A stretch of 64,000 nucleotides of DNA. Origin: Camelus dromedarius. Its lineage: Eukaryota. The stretch lies in assembly GCF_036321535.1 (NCBI RefSeq), contig NC_087436.1, positions 71,054,001 through 71,118,000 on the forward strand, written 5' to 3'. Below are positions 51,063 through 61,804 of this stretch, piece by piece (the stretch's first letter is position 1; every line of letters starts with the position of its first letter). The notes below the pieces were generated by a model. The model made no database searches, was not told where the DNA came from, and saw only the letters and a program-made list of their open reading frames with translations. Made by a program: the position numbers and the translations under genes.

Positions 51063-54000
51063 GTATGTTGATTTGTGTGCAGCTCAAAGATGATATGAGA
51101 AAATGATTGTCCCATATTCCCGTAGCCATGACAGGATCATTTATTCATTCACAAATATTCACGGAGTTCTGAGAACAGCTCTGAGTAGTTATCCTGAAGG
51201 TGTCTACATTCTAAAGGAGGCTAACAACAAGAACAAATAGCGATATAAGTCATCAGAGAATAATAAGAATTACGGAGAAAAATAAAACAAATAACAGAGG
51301 TGAAGTGTGAAGCTATTATTTTTATAGAGTGTTTACTGAAGGTCATCAGCGAATGAGATTTAACACTTCTTACTAAAGACTTTGAACTTGCTTAGCACGG
51401 TTCAGGGCATGTATAATATGGTAGAAATATTATTGAGAATATTACAGACTGTTGGGTGAGGGTTTAGCTCAGAATATTATGGACTGTTGGGTGAGGGTTT
51501 AGCTCAGTGCTAAGTATGCACAAGAGCCTGGATTCAATCCCGAGTACTTCCATTAAAAATGTATTATCAACTATAAAGTTCAAAGAACTGGTAAGTGGTT
51601 TCCAGTGGCTTACCGGTGGTTTCAATTAATGAAATGTCTTCAGTCTAACGGGAATAGGCATTTAGTCCCTCTTGTGGTTAGCTGGGGAGATTGCCAACAG
51701 TTTTTGATGGAAGATGGAGTAGCGATATCAATGATTTCTCACAAAGAGGTGGTTTCCTCGTGTAGTGGTAATTCACATGTGCAACATAAGTAATGGTGAG
51801 GGTGTTACCCTGGAGTGCTTCTGGGACCAGATTACTACTTCTTTTGCACCACATCACATACTCTGGGAGTGAGGAAGAGTGTAGTTCCCAGTACAGTTTT
51901 GGTGCATAGTGCTTGTTTAGTAAATATTTGCTGTATTAACTAATGAACAGCTCTCAAGACATTCATATTCCAACTTTGTATAAGAAAAAAATGAAACCAA
52001 AGCAGCATGTTGAAGATATTTAGATCAGCTTGAGCCATACCACAGTTCTCATCCTTTCATGGCATTCAACATCAGTTTACTGGAGAATAAGTGGTTTCCT
52101 TCTAGAATTTACTTCTGTTTCTTTCCTTTCACTGAAGTGGGAGCCAGGGAGAGTTTAGATTGCCTATTCTGTCATTATGTACTAAATAGAGCCTGGGTTT
52201 TTGTATCTTGTGATGATAGCAATTTTTCTCACAAAATGATTTTTTGTTTTCCTAGTGTTAATAAGGGTATCACATTTTGATTTGCTTAGGTTTTTTTTTT
52301 TTTTTTTTTTTGAATATAGCTATCAGTAATGTATCCTCAGAATTATCTTCCAGGAGTGTTAAATTTCTTGTCAATACCTTTGAATGTATCAAAAACACAC
52401 AAAAAAAGGGTAAATAGCATCTTTTTTACCTGGACATACCCCTCCAGGTGCTCTCTATCATCTTGTTCCTATCCAGAGACACTGCTCTCTGGGTATGGAG
52501 CTCAGCTATCGCTCTGGGAGCTTTCTTCACTGAGGCCCTAATAATTGTCTTACTCTCTGTTTATGCTCAATCCTCTGTGTTCTGGACACCATCTCTCTTT
52601 TTTTTTTATTGGTTTATTCCTCTATTAGCTTCCTGAAAAAGGATGCATTGAGATAAAAATGTTTGAGATATTGTATCTGAAAATATCTTTATTCTGCCTT
52701 CACACTTCATTGTAGTTAGCTGTGTAAAGTATTCTAGGCTGAACTTTTTTTCCCCTCAAAATATTTAAAGAGATTTCTCTATTGCTGCTGCTGGGAAACC
52801 TGGTGTCACTGCTGGAAAATCTGATGCGACCTGACCCTTGCTTCTTTTACTTCTGACTGGTACTTTGCTCTTCTTCCTGAAGGCTTTCAGAGCTTCTCTT
52901 TACCCCTGGTGTTCTGAATTTTAGGTCGTTATGCCCTGATGTAAGTCTTTCTATTTTCCATTTATTGTGCTGCACATAAACTAGGTCCTTTCAATGAAAA
53001 AAAAGAAAAGAATGCCCTTCAATCCTGGGGAACTTTCTCCTAGGGTTCCTTTTCATTTTCCTTTCTTCAGCTCGTATTAATCAGATATTGGAGCTGCTGG
53101 GTTGCTCTCTGTTGGAAATATTTTTTCCTCCATTTTCTGCTTCCCATTATTCTACTTTCAAAGATCTTAACTTTCTCTTCCAAACTCTATGTTGACATAA
53201 AGTCAGCAGCCATTTCTGTTTTCCTGTTTTAGATTCTCTGAGCTATTTTTCTTTTCTTATACCACCTCCTTATACCACCATGCACATAATTTTCATGGAT
53301 AAAATGTGTTATGTCCCTGAGGTTATTAGTAATAATTTTTCTGTTTTTAATTTTTTTGTCTACCTGATTCATATTGGCTTTCTCCTGTTTTGTTCTCCCT
53401 ATTTGCTTTAGTCTCCTTCTTTCATGTTTGCGATTTCCCTAACGTCAGCTACGACTTAGATGTGTGTGTTTCAGAGTGAGGCCCTGTACGGCTGCCTTGA
53501 AACTCAGCCTGCCTGGGGTTTGGGGTTAAAGCCCACGCTCAGCTTCATTAGTCTGGGTGATTCGTTGGGAAATCCACAACTGAAAAAATCTGCCGGTCAA
53601 AATTCGTCAGTGTTCTTGGAAGGATAACTTTCCCCGGAAGGAAATTCTCTCATCTACTGCCATCGGGACATGAGGCTGGCTGCTGCATCCTGGAGCTCAG
53701 CTGGTCTCTGAACCAGCAATATCCTATGCCGAGTGTACATGTATTTTCACTTCATCCTTCTCATCATTGTGACACCCACTCTGCCTGTAGGTGGTGACTC
53801 AGTGTCTAGATTCCCTGTGCTTTGACCTCCTCAGAGAGTAACCTCCTTTCTTCCACTGGCCTGGGGAAAAGCCAGAGGCATCCAATTGCATTTATACATA
53901 ATTCAGCCAATTGTGTTATTTTCCCAAATTTACATTCACTAGTGTCTGGCACCTCCTTTCTGGGGATTTACGTTCTTTTTGTCCTAGTGCTATCATGTCA

Positions 54001-55400
54001 GTCGAGTTTGGTGAGAGTGGCTATACACACTTTTTTGCATTTTTGTTGAACAGTAAATACTATAACAAGCAAACAAATTTTAGGACTGGGAAGACGTGTT
54101 TCCTTTTCATTTCTATTCAGTGGAACCATTCAAGCACCTATTTTAAGGTGGTCTGGATAGATGACAAAAATTTTTTTAAGTGTTCCTGGATCATTTAGGT
54201 TATTGGAATTTTTTTAATTAGGTAAGAATATTTTAATAACAAATTGTAAATATTTTAAAAAGATAAATTTTAAAAATTTGAGAAAAATGTAGCATTCATC
54301 TTTCAGGAAATGAGAATATTTTGCTAGTGGAAGAATAATAGAGTTACTTTCCTGTAATAGCAGAGGGGCATGTAGAATATCAAACTAAATTTGATTTGAT
54401 TGATATCAAATATCAAATATGATAATTTTACCAATTTCTTTTATAAACCTTCTAGGAACTGAAGTTCAGTTAGGAAGTAATTCAAACAGACTACTTTTGT
54501 TCATGCAAAGTGCTGTTTATTCTCAAAGAACGTCTTAGCTCAGGCTGCTATAACAGAATGCCATATACTGAGTGGCTTGAACAACAGACATTTATTTTCA
54601 CAGTTCTGGAGGCGAGGAGTCTGAGAAGAAGGTGCCAGCATGGCTGGGTTCTTGGTGAGGGTCCTTTTTCTGATTTGTAGATTGCTGTGTCCTCACGTGG
54701 CCTTTCCTCAGTGCATGCATATGGACAGAGTTCTGTTTCTTACTCTTCTTATGAGGGCACTAATCCTATCATGTGGGCATCACCCTCATGGCCTCATCTA
54801 AACCTAACCATTTCCCAAAGGCCCCACCTCCAAATACCATCACACTGGGGGTTAACTCTTCCATATCGCAATTTGGAAGGGAATACAAACTCACTCCCTA
54901 ACAAAGTATCTCTGAGGTAAATTGTTTCATTATGTTATATATAACTAAATATTAACTTTATTCTACATGTAACTCCTGATTCCTCTTAAGTTATAGAATA
55001 CATTTGCAAATTTGAGAACCAATGTTCTTCCTGTTTTATTCATTTAAAGGACACTATTGCATAAGGGTTAATGGTTTGGGCTCTGAAATTATACTGCTAG
55101 GGTTTAAATTTGTGTGTTTGTTACCTTTTTTACATCATCAGGAGACTAATAAAGCCTTCAAAAGCCTATTGTGGGGATTAGATATGTTAACAGATGCAAA
55201 GCATTTATTGCAGAGTATACAATGCTGTTACCAAAAGTTACTAAGTCATATAAGTTTTGACATTATTATTAGTATCCTGAAAAACAGAGCTCTGAATGTA
55301 TTAATAAAAATAATGCGATGCATTGATTGTTCCCCAGATATCATTTTGGAGACAGCTGCATCAATCTGATTTCATGTCTTTCTCCTTATAATTTCAGGAA

Positions 55401-55441
<41 letters not shown>

Positions 55442-58320
55442 CATATATATGATCTTTTCAAAGACTAACTGTTCCATTTCCCTTTCAGGATGGCCATTTG
55501 GAAGCACAATGTGTAAGATAAGTGGCTTGGTCCAGGGAATGTCTGTTGCAGCTTCAGTCTTCACTTTAGTTGCAATAGCAGTGGACAGGTAGGTCAGCAC
55601 CAAACTCTAAATCCAGAAAATTGGGTATGCATGCAACTTATCCACCTAACCAGTGAAAAATGTATAATCTACTAAATTTGGGTATATCTGCTCAATATAT
55701 ACCCCTTTAAGAGCAAGGCATGTAGTACTAAAGGCTCAGTAATAAGAAAATAAAACTACTCAGATTTCCATATTTTAAGATTGAATGATTAGGGATCCTG
55801 CAAGCTTTAGTTCAGGCCACTATAACAAGATATTATAGACTATTTGTTGAATGGATAAATGAAAAAATAATATTTGACGTTTCAATGGTTACAAAAAGAG
55901 CAAAATATCTAAAATTGCCATATGAATTTATGAATTAATAATCTATGAATTAGCCATAATTTAAGGGTGAGCAAATGGGAGAATTCCCTAATTAGAAGAC
56001 TAGATGAAAATTTGAAGGTTAAGAGAGAAGGTCTTACACATGCATTGAAGGAGCTATAAAGACAACAAAGCAGTCAAAGCTCAAGTTAACTAGTCATTGT
56101 ATAAAGATATTAGATAGATTAATTTGGAGTTGCTGCTGGGCCACTTAAAAGCTCTAAGTTTCCTTAACTGCAGATCTGGACAGTAATAATTTTCATAACA
56201 CTTCGGTTTTACAGAGTTATCACAAAAATCAAAGAAGATTCAGTAAGTGATAGTACTTTGAAAAATATAAAATGTTATACAGTTGTCTAACAGTATGGTT
56301 GATTATCTTATAATGAACATAATGAGTATCAGTAATTACATCAAGAATCACAGTAACAAAACAGCAGTAAAACGATCAGGCTCCCTCTACATAGCGATGT
56401 TGAAGCTTCATGCTCACCAGAGGACATGGAACACTGGGAATGTGCATAAACAGAACTCACACGGAAACTCTCAGACTCTTAGAGCTGTGAAACCAACTGT
56501 GAGAACGCTTAGTGGCTTCAAACAATAATGCTTTAATATTTCCCACAACTCTGTGGATTGCCTGGGTGCCTCTGTGTGGTGGGTGCTCCTGCTCTGTGTC
56601 TTGCAGCTGACATCACTCATGCTTCTTCTCACGCCACGCTTGCTAATGTTCACTTGGCCAAAGCAAGCTGCACGGCCAAGCATACAGATCATACGTGAGG
56701 GGCCACAGAAGGGCGTGAAAGAGGGTTTAAGAATATGGGCTCTGGAGTCAAAAATACCTATGTAAAAATCATGTGTGATTAAGAGCAAGACTTTTTACTT
56801 TTTTAGAGCCTGTTTCCCCATCTTTTAAGTAGGAACGCTTAAAGAGACTACCTATGCAAACCAATGGAAAGGATCCGGGAACAGAATATTAAATGCTCAT
56901 TTTGTTACAGACTAGTTACCACTAGTATTTTCATTATTAACAGTGTCAGATATACTCAACTTATTCATATTTTGAGTTGAAATTTATCTCATATATCAAT
57001 TACACAAAATGATGGTGCATGTCTCTCTAGCTAATGGTAATTTCTCTTTTTTTTTTAATTGAAGTATAGTCAGATTATAATGTTATGTCAATTTCTGGTG
57101 TACAACATAATGTTTCAGTCATACATATACATGCATATATTCATTTTCATATCTCTTTTGTTATAGGTTACTAGAAGATATTGAATATAGTTCCCTGTGC
57201 TGTACAGTAGAAACTTGTGGTTTATCTATTTTATATATAGTAGTTAGTATCTGCAAATCTCAAACTCCCAGTTTATTCCTTCCCACCCCCTTTCCTCCCC
57301 TGGTAACTATGTTTGTTCTGTGAGTCTGTTTCTGTTTTGTAAGTAAGTTCATTTGTGTCTTTTTTCTTTTTTAGATTCCACATATAAGTGGTATCATATG
57401 GTATTATTTACTTAAATAAATTTAATTCATGACTCAATAAGAAGTTATGAGGCACTCCTTGTCTGATATTTGCCTTTAATTACAGGTTCCGGTGTGTCGT
57501 TTATCCTTTTAAACCAAAGCTCAGTATCAAGACATCATTTGTCATTATTATGATCATCTGGGTCCTGGCCATCGCCATTATAGCCCCATCTGCAATAATG
57601 TTACATGTGAAAGAAGAAAAATATTACCGAGTGACACTCAACTCTCAGAATAAAACAGGCCCAGTCTACTGGTGCCGTGAAGACTGGCCAAACCAGGAAA
57701 TGAGGAAGACCTACACCACTGTGCTGTTTGCCAACATCTACCTGGCTCCCATGTTCCTCATCGTCATCATGTATGGAAGGATTGGAATTGCACTCTTCAA
57801 GACGACGGTGCCTCACAGAGGCACACAGAACCAGGAGCAGTGGCACATGGTGTCCAAGAAGAAGCAGAAGGTCATTAAGATGCTCCTGACTGTGGCCCTG
57901 CTTTTCATCCTCTCCTGGCTGCCCCTGTGGACTCTGATGATGCTCTCAGACTATGCTGACCTGTCTCCAGATGAACTGAGGCTCATCAACATCTACGTCT
58001 ACCCCTTTGCACACTGGCTGGCCTTTTGCAACAGCAGCGTCAACCCCATCATTTATGGTTTCTTCAATGAGAATTTTCGCCGTGGTTTCCAAGATGCTTT
58101 TTGCCTCCGGCTCTGCAGAAAAAGAGCGAAGTCCAAGGAAGCCTACACCCTGAGAGCTAAAAACAACATGGTCATAACCACATCTCATCTGTCGGCTCCG
58201 GAACTCACAATTAAAAGCCCACAAGAGGAAATTGTGCTTTGTAGCAAAAGTGCTGAAAAACCCATACAGGAATTAATGACGGAAGAATTAGAAGAACTTA
58301 CCAATAGCAATGAGATGTAA
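50735..58320 (+). CDS. NPFFR2: Neuropeptide FF receptor 2 (GPR74), spliced CDS join(50735..51062,55489..55588,57486..58320), 420 aa
   Basis: The exons have canonical GT-AG boundaries and compatible phases (328+100+835=1263 nt, open to TAA at 58318-58320). The protein begins [20 protein letters not shown] and has 7 TM segments with GN (TM1), LAISD (TM2), DRF, SWLP and NPIIY motifs. It closely matches the recalled human NPFFR2 420-aa isoform. Confidence 0.97.
51488..51560 (+). mobile_element. Degenerate Vic-1-like tRNA-derived SINE
   Basis: Sequence gggtgagggtttagctcagtgctaagtatgcac...ggattcaatcccgagtacttccattaaaaa resembles the 29684 copy. Confidence 0.65.
52280..54070 (-). mobile_element. 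Old L1ME/HAL1-like fragments, antisense, in intron 2
   Basis: Sequence such as tgtatctgaaaatatctttattctgccttcacac...attctaggctg is typical of antisense ORF1 regions. Confidence 0.55.
54531..54903 (-). mobile_element. MLT1A/MST-type MaLR LTR
   Basis: Sequence gtcttagctcaggctgctataacagaatgccat...ccccacctccaaataccatcacactggggg. Confidence 0.8.
55406..55437. repeat. (TA)16 microsatellite ~50 nt upstream of the exon 3 acceptor
   Basis: Perfect TA run read directly. Confidence 0.95.
55489..55588 (+). CDS. NPFFR2: NPFFR2 second coding exon (ECL1-TM3), 100 bp; not in the ORF track
   Basis: Branch-like actaac and acceptor cctttcag|GA. It encodes (G)[32 protein letters not shown](R) and ends at donor ACAG|gtaggt. 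Confidence 0.96.
57045..57404 (-). mobile_element. Antisense 5'-truncated L1 3' end in intron 3
   Basis: Poly-T followed by aattgaagtatagtcag...tagattccacatataagtg, the reverse complement of the L1 3' end at ~43460-43820. Confidence 0.85.
57486..58320 (+). CDS. NPFFR2: NPFFR2 last coding exon (ICL2 to C-terminus)
   Basis: Acceptor ttacag|G TTC CGG TGT. It reads [12 protein letters not shown]... in frame into ORF 57550..58320, ending ...ELTNSNEM*. Confidence 0.97.
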
Positions 58321-58440
58321 TGAGGGCTGGTGTGATGATTTTAACTCTCCTTTGTATTATATAGCGAAATACTGTTGCTTCCTATGGCTTTGTACGGCAG
58401 TTATTCTAAGAATGCTAGGTGCTCTGTCTGGAAAAAAGTA

Positions 58441-58446
58441 AATAAA
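58441..58446 (+). terminator. Proximal polyadenylation signal AATAAA
   Basis: AATAAA 120 nt after the stop codon, followed by GT/T-rich sequence. Confidence 0.55.
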
Positions 58447-58778
58447 ATGGTTTGTTTGTAATCAATCTTATTGTATTTAAAATATGTACAGAGATTCATA
58501 TACAAATTTGCCTGGATTAATCTGTTTTCTATGACCAATTTTCAAAGCTTGCTCTTTTCCAATTTAGCTATTTGTGTATCAGTCAAACATGTATTGTATG
58601 TGTTTGTAACACACGCATTTCCTTGAATGGTGATATATGAGCAGTTCTTTGCATGAGAGCACATTTTGTCAATTCACCCTTTGCTTTCGAATTTGAAATG
58701 TTAGACTCCAGAACTATTTATCTGTTTGTGCTTTTTAATGTGTACTTGGCTTTCTTAGAAATAAGAATTGCAATAGCA

Positions 58779-58784
58779 AATAAA
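58779..58784 (+). terminator. Candidate distal polyadenylation signal AATAAA
   Basis: AATAAA followed by a T-rich downstream element (ctgtatttctttgtatttt). Confidence 0.35.
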
Positions 58785-60049
58785 GGGACACTGTATTTCT
58801 TTGTATTTTAAAGGCTGATTTTGTTTTCTTTCAAAGGTAACAGTTAAAGTTCTTAAAGTCATAACATTGTTCCATAGGAGGTATTGTTGGCTCTTTAATG
58901 TTTTCCTGAATGAATTTAAGCCTGAGCCAAACCCGTGTTTCTTATAGAGGTGATTCAGGATCCCAACTTGACCTCCTTTCTAACAGAATAGAACCTCTGA
59001 TATAAAGAAGCAAATCTTTTAATAATGCAGCTGTTGGCAGAAGAATGGTAGCGCTCTTTTAAAGCGCTTAGTCAGAGATGTTCAATAATCGTCATTAGAC
59101 TCCCGTGAAGTCTGTGTAGAGCAAGACCAGTTATTCCAGGTTTCCTACTGGCACAACCTGTAAGTCTAGCGGTCCTACCGGATTAGTAAACAGTACCACT
59201 GTTAAAAAGAGACTGGTGAGTCCCCGGATTCTGCTAGGTTATGATTATGTAAAGCCAACAGTTGCAAGTACTGGCTTTTATTCTACAGTGAGATAGTCCC
59301 TAGAAAACTGGGAACTATAAAACAACAAATAGTTTGACATATAAAAATAAATACCTGGGCTTGGACCCACTGTATTTTTTCAGTCATTAATGTGGTTCAA
59401 TTTAAAAGTTTTTCAATATCATAGGCCTTCGGGAAAATACTTGCTGCATTTTCAATTAAATTAGGCTATGTGATATTTGAATATGTAAGTGTTACGTATT
59501 TCCAATACTTTTGCAAACTTTATTATTTCTTCTACATCACACAGTCTACGTGTTGTGATGAACTTATTCTGGACTTCTTCAGTAACCATTTCTTTATTAT
59601 AAAATGTACATATTATAAAATATAAGAACAAGTATCATAAAAATAACACCTGTTACTTGTTGAGTTTTCAAGAAATACAGAATGGTACAAAAATTGCATG
59701 TAATTCCCCTTTAAGGAAAAAAAATAGTGAAGACACTTATTCTAAACACCTCTTAATCAGCACCGTGTACGTGTGTCTTTTCCGAGTAATTAAGAATGCC
59801 TTTGTTATTGCCTACCTCACAGTATCTTTAACTATTACATTTCTTTAGATATTAAATTTCTTTCTTCAGCTTTGCTGCTTTAACTATAGAAAGTCATTGA
59901 AACTTGTGGTTTTGATTACTAGTATAGCTGAACATTGTTCTGTGTTTCTTACCAATTTACACTTATTCCTCTTCTCATTCTTTGGCCATTTTCTCATTGT
60001 ATTTTTTGTTATTGTTTTTGCTTTTTATTTATTACTATGTAATTTTTTA

Positions 60050-60600
60050 TTAGTCCTCAATAACAGGCAGAATGATCTTTTTAAAAAACATTAAAAATAA
60101 TGTCATTTCTCTGCTTAAAAGCCATTAACAGTTTTTTTTTTTAATTTTGGAAAAAAGCAAACTCTTTACTAAGACTTTCACACCTTTACTTTTTCTGCCC
60201 CTGTCCACTTCTTAACCTCACCTCGAGCCCCACACTCTTCATTCACACTGCCTGCCTGTATCTTCCTCTATCTTTGCCGAGTTCTTTGCTGCTTCTGGGT
60301 TTGCACCTGCTTTCTTCCTGCCAGAACTATTTTCCCTGTTGCCCTCCACACCCTTGCTCTCTCATACTTCAGGAGTCAACCCAAAACTCACCTGAGCCTT
60401 GTTTATTTCTTCAAAGCAATTCTCATTATCTGTAATTATCTTCAGAACTCATTTATTCACCTGTGTACTGTACATATGCCCTACCAGAGGGTAAATTCTA
60501 GAAGGGCAGAGATTTTATCTTATCCCTGTATCTCCATTGTCTAAAATAGTGTTTGGCACATAATGGATACACAATAATATTTATTGAACAAATTAATCAA
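60050..60600 (+). mobile_element. L2 LINE 3' fragment
   Basis: Sequence atgtcatttctctgcttaaaagcc...agggcagagatttt...tttggcacataat...tatttattgaac. Confidence 0.65.
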
Positions 60601-61323
60601 GTAGTTGCAAATATTTTCCAGTTTCAATTTGCATTTTATCTGTAATTGAGTTATATTTCAATTTTAGATATTAAAAATAATTCAGATTATAATGAAAACA
60701 GTGGATAATACAGAAAAACAGACAAAGTAAAATGATTTCTTGTGTGGTCACCCAGTGATAACTGCTCTTGCTGTCATTTTGGGGCATGAGTACATGCTTT
60801 CTTTAATAAAGCTATGATTCTGGGGTGTATACTTTATAACGTTTTATTCATTTAGTGTATCAAGAATGTTTCCATGTTGTTTAATATTCTCAAATATTGT
60901 ATTCATATTAATACTATACCTTAATTTATTATTATCTGTGGTTAGAAATATAAGTTGCTTCTTGAATCTATAAAATGATGCAGTTATATAATACTGGGCA
61001 TATTTATGATTATCTTAGACTAGTCTTAACAAAAAATGCAATTGCTTGACCAAAATATATGTACATTTCTTTATGTTTTAATACACACTGTCAAATATTT
61101 CTTCAACAAGTTTTAATATTTTACACTTAGTGATGTTAGAGAATTTATTCACTTACACACTCTCAAATACTGCATATTCAGTAAAACAAATTTTTTCTCA
61201 CCCGTTTATTAAAAGAGGACTTGTATCCCCATATTTCATTTCATTTCATTGTTACGCAGCTGGACATTAAAATAATCTTTATTCAATTTGATTCATTTGT
61301 ATTCAGTTGTCTTCACTTGTATT

Positions 61324-61804
61324 TGTAGGAGAATAAAACTTTTCCCTTTGTCTTGGTTCTTTGGCTGGCCTAATAATTAAATAGACATAAGACAGAGTAA
61401 CAGGAGAAAAGCAACTTTAATTACATATGTATAGGAGCTTCACAAAGACCTGAGAGGCTCCCCAAAAGTCAGGCAGTTGAGGCATACACGCAATCCTGAG
61501 CTGAGAAGTGGGGAGGGGTCTGAGACTCCAAAGGAGAGGAAGACAATTCCCTGAAGGATGGGAACAAATGTTTGGTAGAGGAATGTTTGTCACGCCACGT
61601 GAAGTCTTTCTTATGTAAAAAATGATATGTATGTTTGATAATAGCCCTCTTTCTGGGACAGGCTCCCTATCTAAGTTGTTTTAGGCAGTTAAGGGAGAGA
61701 CAAAGAGATTTTCTTGAGTCTATTGGTCCTTAATCATCTTCAGCTTGAAATAATCCACCTGCCAAAGTGGCACTTTCTGGGACGGCCTCCTCTGAACCCC
61801 ATCA
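61324..61804 (-). mobile_element. ERV1-class solo LTR, 481 bp
   Basis: TG...CA termini with a 4-bp TSD TATT at 61320-61323 and 61805-61808. The end cagcttgaaataatc...ccaaagtggcac...ctgaaccccatca is typical of antisense MER4-group LTRs. Confidence 0.75.

Noticed and set aside
50720..51106. ORF-track boundaries (TTG start, tail [13 protein letters not shown])
   Set aside because: The start lies in the splice acceptor tract and the tail is read-through past the donor at 51062.
57601..58224. Antisense ORFs overlapping the last exon
   Set aside because: Shadow frames of the NPFFR2 CDS with no independent support.
59757..59778. REST/RE1 site (TCAGCACC half-sites here and near 28608, 46163, 55594)
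   Set aside because: The right half GGACAG is absent or poorly matched in all cases.
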